Source of the DNA: Auanema rhodensis | Lineage: Eukaryota; Animalia; Nematoda | Assembly (NCBI GenBank): GCA_964057225.1 | Contig: OZ059894.1 | Coordinates: 11,532,001 to 11,596,000 of the forward strand | Direction: 5' to 3' | Length of the DNA stretch: 64,000 bases | Shown: piece after piece, positions 46,497-60,561 of the stretch | Numbering within the stretch: position 1 is the first letter of the stretch | How the letters are laid out: each line of letters starts with the position of its first letter | Notes under the pieces: model-generated | What the model was told of the DNA's origin: nothing | Databases searched by the model: none | Seen by the model: only the letters and a program-made list of their open reading frames with translations | Position numbers and translations under genes: made by a program

Positions 46497-46615
46497 AGCT
46501 TACGACACCCGGGATTCCCAAGCCGTCTCCGATCCAAGTACTAACCGGGCCCAACGTTGCTTGACTTGCCAGATCGGACGGGATGGCGTACTTTCAACGT
46601 GGTATGGTCGTAAGC
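46497..46615 (-). rRNA. 5S: 5S rRNA
   Basis: Array copy. Confidence 0.97.
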
Positions 46616-46757
46616 AATGTCATATTCTTCATTATCAGTTATATCACTCTAAATCTTGTTGTTAATAGATACGACCACAAAGAAAACAACAGGAACAGTA
46701 ACAATAACAAAAAAAATTTTTTTTTCACCTATGTGTCTAAAGGTTAGCCATGTATCC

Positions 46758-46805
<48 letters not shown>

Positions 46806-47986
46806 ACAGTAAAAAGTCCAATCAAGAGAGAAATTTTTTCAACACATAGTTGTTTTTTTTTTAAATATCATTGTTTTTCCTCATAACTCGGTTTAAACTC
46901 GTTCTAACCCGTTGAAATACGTCTAGAAAGTCTTTATAACATGCATATGTATGATAGAACTTCATATTTATTGTAATAGAAAATTTTATTTTCAGACGTC
47001 TTGGTTAACAATGATATGTTTTACCCCCTTATAATTTTTATCATAATGTTCCTTATACGGAACGCTCAATGAAACTTGCTTCCAGAAAAATTTCTTTCTA
47101 TTTTTTCTTCATATGTACGTAGATACTATAGAGAACTATGATAGAAAACTTTAACATTCACGAAATCATCATTTCTCATTACGCTACGGAGGTTTAAAAA
47201 GCTGTGTTTTACCTTATAATAGACCGGAAAACCCTTGTGTTAAAACTGGACCGTTTTTACACATATAAAAATGTCCCGTATTCGGGACCCTAATGTAACT
47301 TTTGATTCCCTATATTTTTTTTCATGAAATTTACAATCTACTGTAGAAAGAAGAATTATTTTTATAAAAACTGTAAATTTTTGAAAAATGAAAACAAAAC
47401 GAAAACAAAAACAACTTTTTTTTGAACATTTTCTCACACAAGGGTCCCCCCTTACCTACTTTTTTTCTCATTACTCGTTTCAACCTCATCCGATCACTCT
47501 GCAAACATGTTTAATCGTTCTAACTTGTTGAAATACGTCTTAAAAGTCTAAACAACATGCATATGCATAATAGAAACCACCCGAATAGGCCCCCACGCAC
47601 TAAACGAGATATATACATTACCAGTATAGTAATAGAACACATATTGAAGATTAATTCGATAAGAACAATTTATTGACGTAGAGAATGTTTGTTCCGAAAA
47701 ACTACAATATTAAACTATAAAAGTAACAAAAGCGTAGAGGCAGCAAAGACATGAATAAACATAAATGTAAATACAGAATTACCAGGTAGTACATAAGTAT
47801 GACAAAAAATTATAAGAAAGCCATGAAAATAGAAGGTTTGTGAACAAATGAGAGGTACATCTTTGATCGTATAGTCATTTCTAAACCGTTCGTATGCTGC
47901 AGCATCGTCATAAGCGTCACTCAAGTTGAATTTCCATGTGTACTACACGATTTTCATTCTTATTGTTACATTCTTTCCCTGAGGGA

Positions 47987-48171
47987 ATGGGCCGTTCCCG
48001 CCAGCAGTGCAAGAGCGGGTCGACCCGTGAGGTGGAGCTAGCAAGCCAGCATCTACCTCAAGTCTCAAAAATCGGTTAACCTTATTGTGAACCAATGGAA
48101 CACATATCGAAGGTTAATTCGATAAGAACGATTACTACACTTTGATCTTAGCCAAAAGGCCGAGAAGCGAT
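47987..48171 (-). ncRNA. U2: U2 snRNA
   Basis: Copy of 521-705. Confidence 0.96.
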
Positions 48172-48613
48172 ACAGCATAGCCATGAGTATCAAAGACATC
48201 AAGCAAATGTATCGTACTTGTTACGAGTGCACTCTCTCATTTGAATATAAAAGTGTGGTTTGACAATCTTGACTGTACAGGTCATAAATGGCTCATATAA
48301 ACTGTGGATTTACTCAACTTTTGGACTTATTTTTTTCTTATTCGAAGCGCTGCACTTTTTTCTATTCTTTTTATTCAAATACTTGTATATAGTTTTATAT
48401 GTACGGTTGCAAAGTTTCCGAATATTTTATATATTTTTATACAATAATTAGGAGAAGGTTAATACAATGAAATCTCCCAACTTTACAGTGTTTGTATTGC
48501 TTACAGTATCTAGAACAACCACTCTTGTAATATTAGAGCACATATCAATCAACAACTTTTTCTAGTTATCAAAGCTTTTTTATTTCTTCAAGATATTTCA
48601 AATAAAATATAAA

Positions 48614-48732
48614 AGCTTACGACACCCGGGATTCCCAAGCCGTCTCCGATCCAAGTACTAACCGGGCCCAACGTTGCTTGACTTGCCAGATCGGACGGGA
48701 TGGCGTACTTTCAACGTGGTATGGTCGTAAGC
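48614..48732 (-). rRNA. 5S: 5S rRNA
   Basis: Array copy. Confidence 0.97.
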
Positions 48733-48973
48733 AATGTTATATTCTTCATTATCAGTTATATCACTCTAAATCTTGTTGTTAATAGTTAGGACCACAAAGA
48801 AAACAACAGGAACAGTAACAAATGAAATGCCCAAACTTTACAGTGTTCGAGTTATTTACAGTATCTAAGACTACCTCTGTCGTGTTATTAGAGCAAACAT
48901 TCGATTAACAACAACTTTTTTTTAGTTATCAAAGCTTTTTTATTTCTTCAAAAAATTTCAAATAAAATATAAA

Positions 48974-49092
48974 AGCTTACGACACCCGGGATTCCCAAGC
49001 CGTCTCCGATCCAAGTACTAACCGGGCCCAACGTTGCTTGACTTGCCAGATCGGACGGGATGGCGTACTTTCAACGTGGTATGGTCGTAAGC
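48974..49092 (-). rRNA. 5S: 5S rRNA
   Basis: Array copy. Confidence 0.97.
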
Positions 49093-49234
49093 AATGTCAT
49101 ATTCTTCATTATCAGTTATATCACTCTAAATCTTGTTGTTAATAGATACGACCACAAAGAAAACAACAGGAACAGTAACAATAACAAAAAAAATTTTTTT
49201 TTCACCTATGTGTCTAAAGGTTAGCCATGTATCC

Positions 49235-49286
<52 letters not shown>

Positions 49287-50467
49287 ACAGTAAAAAGTCC
49301 AATCAAGAGAGAAATTTTTTCAACACATAGTTGTTTTTTTTTTAAATATCATTGTTTTTCCTCATAACTCGGTTTAAACTCGTTCTAACCCGTTGAAATA
49401 CGTCTAGAAAGTCTTTATAACATGCATATGTATGATAGAACTTCATATTTATTGTAATAGAAAATTTTATTTTCAGACGTCTTGGTTAACAATGATATGT
49501 TTTACCCCCTTATAATTTTTATCATAATGTTCCTTATACGGAACGCTCAATGAAACTTGCTTCCAGAAAAATTTCTTTCTATTTTTTCTTCATATGTACG
49601 TAGATACTATAGAGAACTATGATAGAAAACTTTAACATTCACGAAATCATCATTTCTCATTACGCTACGGAGGTTTAAAAAGCTGTGTTTTACCTTATAA
49701 TAGACCGGAAAACCCTTGTGTTAAAACTGGACCGTTTTTACACATATAAAAATGTCCCGTATTCGGGACCCTAATGTAACTTTTGATTCCCTATATTTTT
49801 TTTCATGAAATTTACAATCTACTGTAGAAAGAAGAATTATTTTTATAAAAACTGTAAATTTTTGAAAAATGAAAACAAAACGAAAACAAAAACAACTTTT
49901 TTTTGAACATTTTCTCACACAAGGGTCCCCCCTTACCTACTTTTTTTCTCATTACTCGTTTCAACCTCATCCGATCACTCTGCAAACATGTTTAATCGTT
50001 CTAACTTGTTGAAATACGTCTTAAAAGTCTAAACAACATGCATATGCATAATAGAAACCACCCGAATAGGCCCCCACGCACTAAACGAGATATATACATT
50101 ACCAGTATAGTAATAGAACACATATTGAAGATTAATTCGATAAGAACAATTTATTGACGTAGAGAATGTTTGTTCCGAAAAACTACAATATTAAACTATA
50201 AAAGTAACAAAAGCGTAGAGGCAGCAAAGACATGAATAAACATAAATGTAAATACAGAATTACCAGGTAGTACATAAGTATGACAAAAAATTATAAGAAA
50301 GCCATGAAAATAGAAGGTTTGTGAACAAATGAGAGGTACATCTTTGATCGTATAGTCATTTCTAAACCGTTCGTATGCTGCAGCATCGTCATAAGCGTCA
50401 CTCAAGTTGAATTTCCATGTGTACTACACGATTTTCATTCTTATTGTTACATTCTTTCCCTGAGGGA

Positions 50468-50652
50468 ATGGGCCGTTCCCGCCAGCAGTGCAAGAGCGGG
50501 TCGACCCGTGAGGTGGAGCTAGCAAGCCAGCATCTACCTCAAGTCTCAAAAATCGGTTAACCTTATTGTGAACCAATGGAACACATATCGAAGGTTAATT
50601 CGATAAGAACGATTACTACACTTTGATCTTAGCCAAAAGGCCGAGAAGCGAT
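50468..50652 (-). ncRNA. U2: U2 snRNA
   Basis: Copy of 521-705. Confidence 0.96.
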
Positions 50653-51094
50653 ACAGCATAGCCATGAGTATCAAAGACATCAAGCAAATGTATCGTACTT
50701 GTTACGAGTGCACTCTCTCATTTGAATATAAAAGTGTGGTTTGACAATCTTGACTGTACAGGTCATAAATGGCTCATATAAACTGTGGATTTACTCAACT
50801 TTTGGACTTATTTTTTTCTTATTCGAAGCGCTGCACTTTTTTCTATTCTTTTTATTCAAATACTTGTATATAGTTTTATATGTACGGTTGCAAAGTTTCC
50901 GAATATTTTATATATTTTTATACAATAATTAGGAGAAGGTTAATACAATGAAATCTCCCAACTTTACAGTGTTTGTATTGCTTACAGTATCTAGAACAAC
51001 CACTCTTGTAATATTAGAGCACATATCAATCAACAACTTTTTCTAGTTATCAAAGCTTTTTTATTTCTTCAAGATATTTCAAATAAAATATAAA

Positions 51095-51213
51095 AGCTTA
51101 CGACACCCGGGATTCCCAAGCCGTCTCCGATCCAAGTACTAACCGGGCCCAACGTTGCTTGACTTGCCAGATCGGACGGGATGGCGTACTTTCAACGTGG
51201 TATGGTCGTAAGC
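51095..51213 (-). rRNA. 5S: 5S rRNA
   Basis: Array copy. Confidence 0.97.
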
Positions 51214-51454
51214 AATGTTATATTCTTCATTATCAGTTATATCACTCTAAATCTTGTTGTTAATAGTTAGGACCACAAAGAAAACAACAGGAACAGTAAC
51301 AAATGAAATGCCCAAACTTTACAGTGTTCGAGTTATTTACAGTATCTAAGACTACCTCTGTCGTGTTATTAGAGCAAACATTCGATTAACAACAACTTTT
51401 TTTTAGTTATCAAAGCTTTTTTATTTCTTCAAAAAATTTCAAATAAAATATAAA

Positions 51455-51573
51455 AGCTTACGACACCCTGGATTCCCAAGCCGTCTCCGATCCAAGTACT
51501 AACCGGGCCCAACGTTGCTTGACTTGCCAGATCGGACGGGATGGCGTACTTTCAACGTGGTATGGTCGTAAGC
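51455..51573 (-). rRNA. 5S: 5S rRNA (single-base variant at 51469)
   Basis: Array copy; CACCCTGG instead of CACCCGGG. Confidence 0.95.
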
Positions 51574-51715
51574 AATGTCATATTCTTCATTATCAGTTAT
51601 ATCACTCTAAATCTTGTTGTTAATAGATACGACCACAAAGAAAACAACAGGAACAGTAACAATAACAAAAAAAATTTTTTTTTCACCTATGTGTCTAAAG
51701 GTTAGCCATGTATCC

Positions 51716-51799
<84 letters not shown>

Positions 51800-52980
51800 A
51801 CAGTAAAAAGTCCAATCAAGAGAGAAATTTTTTCAACACATAGTTGTTTTTTTTTTAAATATCATTGTTTTTCCTCATAACTCGGTTTAAACTCGTTCTA
51901 ACCCGTTGAAATACGTCTAGAAAGTCTTTATAACATGCATATGTATGATAGAACTTCATATTTATTGTAATAGAAAATTTTATTTTCAGACGTCTTGGTT
52001 AACAATGATATGTTTTACCCCCTTATAATTTTTATCATAATGTTCCTTATACGGAACGCTCAATGAAACTTGCTTCCAGAAAAATTTCTTTCTATTTTTT
52101 CTTCATATGTACGTAGATACTATAGAGAACTATGATAGAAAACTTTAACATTCACGAAATCATCATTTCTCATTACGCTACGGAGGTTTAAAAAGCTGTG
52201 TTTTACCTTATAATAGACCGGAAAACCCTTGTGTTAAAACTGGACCGTTTTTACACATATAAAAATGTCCCGTATTCGGGACCCTAATGTAACTTTTGAT
52301 TCCCTATATTTTTTTTCATGAAATTTACAATCTACTGTAGAAAGAAGAATTATTTTTATAAAAACTGTAAATTTTTGAAAAATGAAAACAAAACGAAAAC
52401 AAAAACAACTTTTTTTTGAACATTTTCTCACACAAGGGTCCCCCCTTACCTACTTTTTTTCTCATTACTCGTTTCAACCTCATCCGATCACTCTGCAAAC
52501 ATGTTTAATCGTTCTAACTTGTTGAAATACGTCTTAAAAGTCTAAACAACATGCATATGCATAATAGAAACCACCCGAATAGGCCCCCACGCACTAAACG
52601 AGATATATACATTACCAGTATAGTAATAGAACACATATTGAAGATTAATTCGATAAGAACAATTTATTGACGTAGAGAATGTTTGTTCCGAAAAACTACA
52701 ATATTAAACTATAAAAGTAACAAAAGCGTAGAGGCAGCAAAGACATGAATAAACATAAATGTAAATACAGAATTACCAGGTAGTACATAAGTATGACAAA
52801 AAATTATAAGAAAGCCATGAAAATAGAAGGTTTGTGAACAAATGAGAGGTACATCTTTGATCGTATAGTCATTTCTAAACCGTTCGTATGCTGCAGCATC
52901 GTCATAAGCGTCACTCAAGTTGAATTTCCATGTGTACTACACGATTTTCATTCTTATTGTTACATTCTTTCCCTGAGGGA

Positions 52981-53165
52981 ATGGGCCGTTCCCGCCAGCA
53001 GTGCAAGAGCGGGTCGACCCGTGAGGTGGAGCTAGCAAGCCAGCATCTACCTCAAGTCTCAAAAATCGGTTAACCTTATTGTGAACCAATGGAACACATA
53101 TCGAAGGTTAATTCGATAAGAACGATTACTACACTTTGATCTTAGCCAAAAGGCCGAGAAGCGAT
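52981..53165 (-). ncRNA. U2: U2 snRNA
   Basis: Copy of 521-705. Confidence 0.96.
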
Positions 53166-53607
53166 ACAGCATAGCCATGAGTATCAAAGACATCAAGCAA
53201 ATGTATCGTACTTGTTACGAGTGCACTCTCTCATTTGAATATAAAAGTGTGGTTTGACAATCTTGACTGTACAGGTCATAAATGGCTCATATAAACTGTG
53301 GATTTACTCAACTTTTGGACTTATTTTTTTCTTATTCGAAGCGCTGCACTTTTTTCTATTCTTTTTATTCAAATACTTGTATATAGTTTTATATGTACGG
53401 TTGCAAAGTTTCCGAATATTTTATATATTTTTATACAATAATTAGGAGAAGGTTAATACAATGAAATCTCCCAACTTTACAGTGTTTGTATTGCTTACAG
53501 TATCTAGAACAACCACTCTTGTAATATTAGAGCACATATCAATCAACAACTTTTTCTAGTTATCAAAGCTTTTTTATTTCTTCAAGATATTTCAAATAAA
53601 ATATAAA

Positions 53608-53726
53608 AGCTTACGACACCCGGGATTCCCAAGCCGTCTCCGATCCAAGTACTAACCGGGCCCAACGTTGCTTGACTTGCCAGATCGGACGGGATGGCGT
53701 ACTTTCAACGTGGTATGGTCGTAAGC
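53608..53726 (-). rRNA. 5S: 5S rRNA
   Basis: Array copy. Confidence 0.97.
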
Positions 53727-53967
53727 AATGTTATATTCTTCATTATCAGTTATATCACTCTAAATCTTGTTGTTAATAGTTAGGACCACAAAGAAAACAA
53801 CAGGAACAGTAACAAATGAAATGCCCAAACTTTACAGTGTTCGAGTTATTTACAGTATCTAAGACTACCTCTGTCGTGTTATTAGAGCAAACATTCGATT
53901 AACAACAACTTTTTTTTAGTTATCAAAGCTTTTTTATTTCTTCAAAAAATTTCAAATAAAATATAAA

Positions 53968-54086
53968 AGCTTACGACACCCGGGATTCCCAAGCCGTCTC
54001 CGATCCAAGTACTAACCGGGCCCAACGTTGCTTGACTTGCCAGATCGGACGGGATGGCGTACTTTCAACGTGGTATGGTCGTAAGC
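53968..54086 (-). rRNA. 5S: 5S rRNA
   Basis: Array copy. Confidence 0.97.
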
Positions 54087-54228
54087 AATGTCATATTCTT
54101 CATTATCAGTTATATCACTCTAAATCTTGTTGTTAATAGATACGACCACAAAGAAAACAACAGGAACAGTAACAATAACAAAAAAAATTTTTTTTTCACC
54201 TATGTGTCTAAAGGTTAGCCATGTATCC

Positions 54229-54278
<50 letters not shown>

Positions 54279-55459
54279 ACAGTAAAAAGTCCAATCAAGA
54301 GAGAAATTTTTTCAACACATAGTTGTTTTTTTTTTAAATATCATTGTTTTTCCTCATAACTCGGTTTAAACTCGTTCTAACCCGTTGAAATACGTCTAGA
54401 AAGTCTTTATAACATGCATATGTATGATAGAACTTCATATTTATTGTAATAGAAAATTTTATTTTCAGACGTCTTGGTTAACAATGATATGTTTTACCCC
54501 CTTATAATTTTTATCATAATGTTCCTTATACGGAACGCTCAATGAAACTTGCTTCCAGAAAAATTTCTTTCTATTTTTTCTTCATATGTACGTAGATACT
54601 ATAGAGAACTATGATAGAAAACTTTAACATTCACGAAATCATCATTTCTCATTACGCTACGGAGGTTTAAAAAGCTGTGTTTTACCTTATAATAGACCGG
54701 AAAACCCTTGTGTTAAAACTGGACCGTTTTTACACATATAAAAATGTCCCGTATTCGGGACCCTAATGTAACTTTTGATTCCCTATATTTTTTTTCATGA
54801 AATTTACAATCTACTGTAGAAAGAAGAATTATTTTTATAAAAACTGTAAATTTTTGAAAAATGAAAACAAAACGAAAACAAAAACAACTTTTTTTTGAAC
54901 ATTTTCTCACACAAGGGTCCCCCCTTACCTACTTTTTTTCTCATTACTCGTTTCAACCTCATCCGATCACTCTGCAAACATGTTTAATCGTTCTAACTTG
55001 TTGAAATACGTCTTAAAAGTCTAAACAACATGCATATGCATAATAGAAACCACCCGAATAGGCCCCCACGCACTAAACGAGATATATACATTACCAGTAT
55101 AGTAATAGAACACATATTGAAGATTAATTCGATAAGAACAATTTATTGACGTAGAGAATGTTTGTTCCGAAAAACTACAATATTAAACTATAAAAGTAAC
55201 AAAAGCGTAGAGGCAGCAAAGACATGAATAAACATAAATGTAAATACAGAATTACCAGGTAGTACATAAGTATGACAAAAAATTATAAGAAAGCCATGAA
55301 AATAGAAGGTTTGTGAACAAATGAGAGGTACATCTTTGATCGTATAGTCATTTCTAAACCGTTCGTATGCTGCAGCATCGTCATAAGCGTCACTCAAGTT
55401 GAATTTCCATGTGTACTACACGATTTTCATTCTTATTGTTACATTCTTTCCCTGAGGGA

Positions 55460-55644
55460 ATGGGCCGTTCCCGCCAGCAGTGCAAGAGCGGGTCGACCCG
55501 TGAGGTGGAGCTAGCAAGCCAGCATCTACCTCAAGTCTCAAAAATCGGTTAACCTTATTGTGAACCAATGGAACACATATCGAAGGTTAATTCGATAAGA
55601 ACGATTACTACACTTTGATCTTAGCCAAAAGGCCGAGAAGCGAT
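55460..55644 (-). ncRNA. U2: U2 snRNA
   Basis: Copy of 521-705. Confidence 0.96.
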
Positions 55645-56086
55645 ACAGCATAGCCATGAGTATCAAAGACATCAAGCAAATGTATCGTACTTGTTACGAG
55701 TGCACTCTCTCATTTGAATATAAAAGTGTGGTTTGACAATCTTGACTGTACAGGTCATAAATGGCTCATATAAACTGTGGATTTACTCAACTTTTGGACT
55801 TATTTTTTTCTTATTCGAAGCGCTGCACTTTTTTCTATTCTTTTTATTCAAATACTTGTATATAGTTTTATATGTACGGTTGCAAAGTTTCCGAATATTT
55901 TATATATTTTTATACAATAATTAGGAGAAGGTTAATACAATGAAATCTCCCAACTTTACAGTGTTTGTATTGCTTACAGTATCTAGAACAACCACTCTTG
56001 TAATATTAGAGCACATATCAATCAACAACTTTTTCTAGTTATCAAAGCTTTTTTATTTCTTCAAGATATTTCAAATAAAATATAAA

Positions 56087-56205
56087 AGCTTACGACACCC
56101 GGGATTCCCAAGCCGTCTCCGATCCAAGTACTAACCGGGCCCAACGTTGCTTGACTTGCCAGATCGGACGGGATGGCGTACTTTCAACGTGGTATGGTCG
56201 TAAGC
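56087..56205 (-). rRNA. 5S: 5S rRNA
   Basis: Array copy. Confidence 0.97.
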
Positions 56206-56446
56206 AATGTTATATTCTTCATTATCAGTTATATCACTCTAAATCTTGTTGTTAATAGTTAGGACCACAAAGAAAACAACAGGAACAGTAACAAATGAAA
56301 TGCCCAAACTTTACAGTGTTCGAGTTATTTACAGTATCTAAGACTACCTCTGTCGTGTTATTAGAGCAAACATTCGATTAACAACAACTTTTTTTTAGTT
56401 ATCAAAGCTTTTTTATTTCTTCAAAAAATTTCAAATAAAATATAAA

Positions 56447-56565
56447 AGCTTACGACACCCGGGATTCCCAAGCCGTCTCCGATCCAAGTACTAACCGGGC
56501 CCAACGTTGCTTGACTTGCCAGATCGGACGGGATGGCGTACTTTCAACGTGGTATGGTCGTAAGC
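56447..56565 (-). rRNA. 5S: 5S rRNA
   Basis: Array copy. Confidence 0.97.
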
Positions 56566-56707
56566 AATGTCATATTCTTCATTATCAGTTATATCACTCT
56601 AAATCTTGTTGTTAATAGATACGACCACAAAGAAAACAACAGGAACAGTAACAATAACAAAAAAAATTTTTTTTTCACCTATGTGTCTAAAGGTTAGCCA
56701 TGTATCC

Positions 56708-56755
<48 letters not shown>

Positions 56756-57936
56756 ACAGTAAAAAGTCCAATCAAGAGAGAAATTTTTTCAACACATAGT
56801 TGTTTTTTTTTTAAATATCATTGTTTTTCCTCATAACTCGGTTTAAACTCGTTCTAACCCGTTGAAATACGTCTAGAAAGTCTTTATAACATGCATATGT
56901 ATGATAGAACTTCATATTTATTGTAATAGAAAATTTTATTTTCAGACGTCTTGGTTAACAATGATATGTTTTACCCCCTTATAATTTTTATCATAATGTT
57001 CCTTATACGGAACGCTCAATGAAACTTGCTTCCAGAAAAATTTCTTTCTATTTTTTCTTCATATGTACGTAGATACTATAGAGAACTATGATAGAAAACT
57101 TTAACATTCACGAAATCATCATTTCTCATTACGCTACGGAGGTTTAAAAAGCTGTGTTTTACCTTATAATAGACCGGAAAACCCTTGTGTTAAAACTGGA
57201 CCGTTTTTACACATATAAAAATGTCCCGTATTCGGGACCCTAATGTAACTTTTGATTCCCTATATTTTTTTTCATGAAATTTACAATCTACTGTAGAAAG
57301 AAGAATTATTTTTATAAAAACTGTAAATTTTTGAAAAATGAAAACAAAACGAAAACAAAAACAACTTTTTTTTGAACATTTTCTCACACAAGGGTCCCCC
57401 CTTACCTACTTTTTTTCTCATTACTCGTTTCAACCTCATCCGATCACTCTGCAAACATGTTTAATCGTTCTAACTTGTTGAAATACGTCTTAAAAGTCTA
57501 AACAACATGCATATGCATAATAGAAACCACCCGAATAGGCCCCCACGCACTAAACGAGATATATACATTACCAGTATAGTAATAGAACACATATTGAAGA
57601 TTAATTCGATAAGAACAATTTATTGACGTAGAGAATGTTTGTTCCGAAAAACTACAATATTAAACTATAAAAGTAACAAAAGCGTAGAGGCAGCAAAGAC
57701 ATGAATAAACATAAATGTAAATACAGAATTACCAGGTAGTACATAAGTATGACAAAAAATTATAAGAAAGCCATGAAAATAGAAGGTTTGTGAACAAATG
57801 AGAGGTACATCTTTGATCGTATAGTCATTTCTAAACCGTTCGTATGCTGCAGCATCGTCATAAGCGTCACTCAAGTTGAATTTCCATGTGTACTACACGA
57901 TTTTCATTCTTATTGTTACATTCTTTCCCTGAGGGA

Positions 57937-58121
57937 ATGGGCCGTTCCCGCCAGCAGTGCAAGAGCGGGTCGACCCGTGAGGTGGAGCTAGCAAGCCAGC
58001 ATCTACCTCAAGTCTCAAAAATCGGTTAACCTTATTGTGAACCAATGGAACACATATCGAAGGTTAATTCGATAAGAACGATTACTACACTTTGATCTTA
58101 GCCAAAAGGCCGAGAAGCGAT
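57937..58121 (-). ncRNA. U2: U2 snRNA
   Basis: Copy of 521-705. Confidence 0.96.
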
Positions 58122-58563
58122 ACAGCATAGCCATGAGTATCAAAGACATCAAGCAAATGTATCGTACTTGTTACGAGTGCACTCTCTCATTTGAATATAA
58201 AAGTGTGGTTTGACAATCTTGACTGTACAGGTCATAAATGGCTCATATAAACTGTGGATTTACTCAACTTTTGGACTTATTTTTTTCTTATTCGAAGCGC
58301 TGCACTTTTTTCTATTCTTTTTATTCAAATACTTGTATATAGTTTTATATGTACGGTTGCAAAGTTTCCGAATATTTTATATATTTTTATACAATAATTA
58401 GGAGAAGGTTAATACAATGAAATCTCCCAACTTTACAGTGTTTGTATTGCTTACAGTATCTAGAACAACCACTCTTGTAATATTAGAGCACATATCAATC
58501 AACAACTTTTTCTAGTTATCAAAGCTTTTTTATTTCTTCAAGATATTTCAAATAAAATATAAA

Positions 58564-58682
58564 AGCTTACGACACCCGGGATTCCCAAGCCGTCTCCGAT
58601 CCAAGTACTAACCGGGCCCAACGTTGCTTGACTTGCCAGATCGGACGGGATGGCGTACTTTCAACGTGGTATGGTCGTAAGC
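58564..58682 (-). rRNA. 5S: 5S rRNA
   Basis: Array copy. Confidence 0.97.
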
Positions 58683-58923
58683 AATGTTATATTCTTCATT
58701 ATCAGTTATATCACTCTAAATCTTGTTGTTAATAGTTAGGACCACAAAGAAAACAACAGGAACAGTAACAAATGAAATGCCCAAACTTTACAGTGTTCGA
58801 GTTATTTACAGTATCTAAGACTACCTCTGTCGTGTTATTAGAGCAAACATTCGATTAACAACAACTTTTTTTTAGTTATCAAAGCTTTTTTATTTCTTCA
58901 AAAAATTTCAAATAAAATATAAA

Positions 58924-59042
58924 AGCTTACGACACCCGGGATTCCCAAGCCGTCTCCGATCCAAGTACTAACCGGGCCCAACGTTGCTTGACTTGCCAGA
59001 TCGGACGGGATGGCGTACTTTCAACGTGGTATGGTCGTAAGC
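58924..59042 (-). rRNA. 5S: 5S rRNA
   Basis: Array copy. Confidence 0.97.
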
Positions 59043-59184
59043 AATGTCATATTCTTCATTATCAGTTATATCACTCTAAATCTTGTTGTTAATAGATACG
59101 ACCACAAAGAAAACAACAGGAACAGTAACAATAACAAAAAAAATTTTTTTTTCACCTATGTGTCTAAAGGTTAGCCATGTATCC

Positions 59185-59232
<48 letters not shown>

Positions 59233-60413
59233 ACAGTAAAAAGTCCAATCAAGAGAGAAATTTTTTCAACACATAGTTGTTTTTTTTTTAAATATCATTG
59301 TTTTTCCTCATAACTCGGTTTAAACTCGTTCTAACCCGTTGAAATACGTCTAGAAAGTCTTTATAACATGCATATGTATGATAGAACTTCATATTTATTG
59401 TAATAGAAAATTTTATTTTCAGACGTCTTGGTTAACAATGATATGTTTTACCCCCTTATAATTTTTATCATAATGTTCCTTATACGGAACGCTCAATGAA
59501 ACTTGCTTCCAGAAAAATTTCTTTCTATTTTTTCTTCATATGTACGTAGATACTATAGAGAACTATGATAGAAAACTTTAACATTCACGAAATCATCATT
59601 TCTCATTACGCTACGGAGGTTTAAAAAGCTGTGTTTTACCTTATAATAGACCGGAAAACCCTTGTGTTAAAACTGGACCGTTTTTACACATATAAAAATG
59701 TCCCGTATTCGGGACCCTAATGTAACTTTTGATTCCCTATATTTTTTTTCATGAAATTTACAATCTACTGTAGAAAGAAGAATTATTTTTATAAAAACTG
59801 TAAATTTTTGAAAAATGAAAACAAAACGAAAACAAAAACAACTTTTTTTTGAACATTTTCTCACACAAGGGTCCCCCCTTACCTACTTTTTTTCTCATTA
59901 CTCGTTTCAACCTCATCCGATCACTCTGCAAACATGTTTAATCGTTCTAACTTGTTGAAATACGTCTTAAAAGTCTAAACAACATGCATATGCATAATAG
60001 AAACCACCCGAATAGGCCCCCACGCACTAAACGAGATATATACATTACCAGTATAGTAATAGAACACATATTGAAGATTAATTCGATAAGAACAATTTAT
60101 TGACGTAGAGAATGTTTGTTCCGAAAAACTACAATATTAAACTATAAAAGTAACAAAAGCGTAGAGGCAGCAAAGACATGAATAAACATAAATGTAAATA
60201 CAGAATTACCAGGTAGTACATAAGTATGACAAAAAATTATAAGAAAGCCATGAAAATAGAAGGTTTGTGAACAAATGAGAGGTACATCTTTGATCGTATA
60301 GTCATTTCTAAACCGTTCGTATGCTGCAGCATCGTCATAAGCGTCACTCAAGTTGAATTTCCATGTGTACTACACGATTTTCATTCTTATTGTTACATTC
60401 TTTCCCTGAGGGA

Positions 60414-60561
60414 ATGGGCCGTTCCCGCCAGCAGTGCAAGAGCGGGTCGACCCGTGAGGTGGAGCTAGCAAGCCAGCATCTACCTCAAGTCTCAAAAATC
60501 GGTTAACCTTATTGTGAACCAATGGAACACATATCGAAGGTTAATTCGATAAGAACGATTA
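60414..60561 (-). pseudogene. U2: U2 3' fragment (nt ~38-185) downstream of retroelement copy 3
   Basis: Same breakpoint as copies 1 and 2. Confidence 0.93.

Larger units (their letters stand above)
1..60561 (-). repeat. Tandem array of ~2.48-kb units (U2 snRNA + 2x 5S rRNA + spacer), interrupted by four retroelements
   Basis: The same sequence and short-ORF set recurs at offsets 0, 2483, 4960, 7439, 11571, 14032, 16507, 31315, 33796, 36265, 42512, 44989, 47466, 49947, 52460, 54939, 57416. Period variation tracks (TA)n length. Confidence 0.99.

Noticed and set aside
51469-51469. Single 5S variant base
   Set aside because: One copy only; cannot be told from a sequencing error.
1-60561. CRISPR-like or prokaryotic repeat system
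   Set aside because: Units are kb-scale, identical and contain eukaryotic U2/5S genes; no unique spacers or cas genes.
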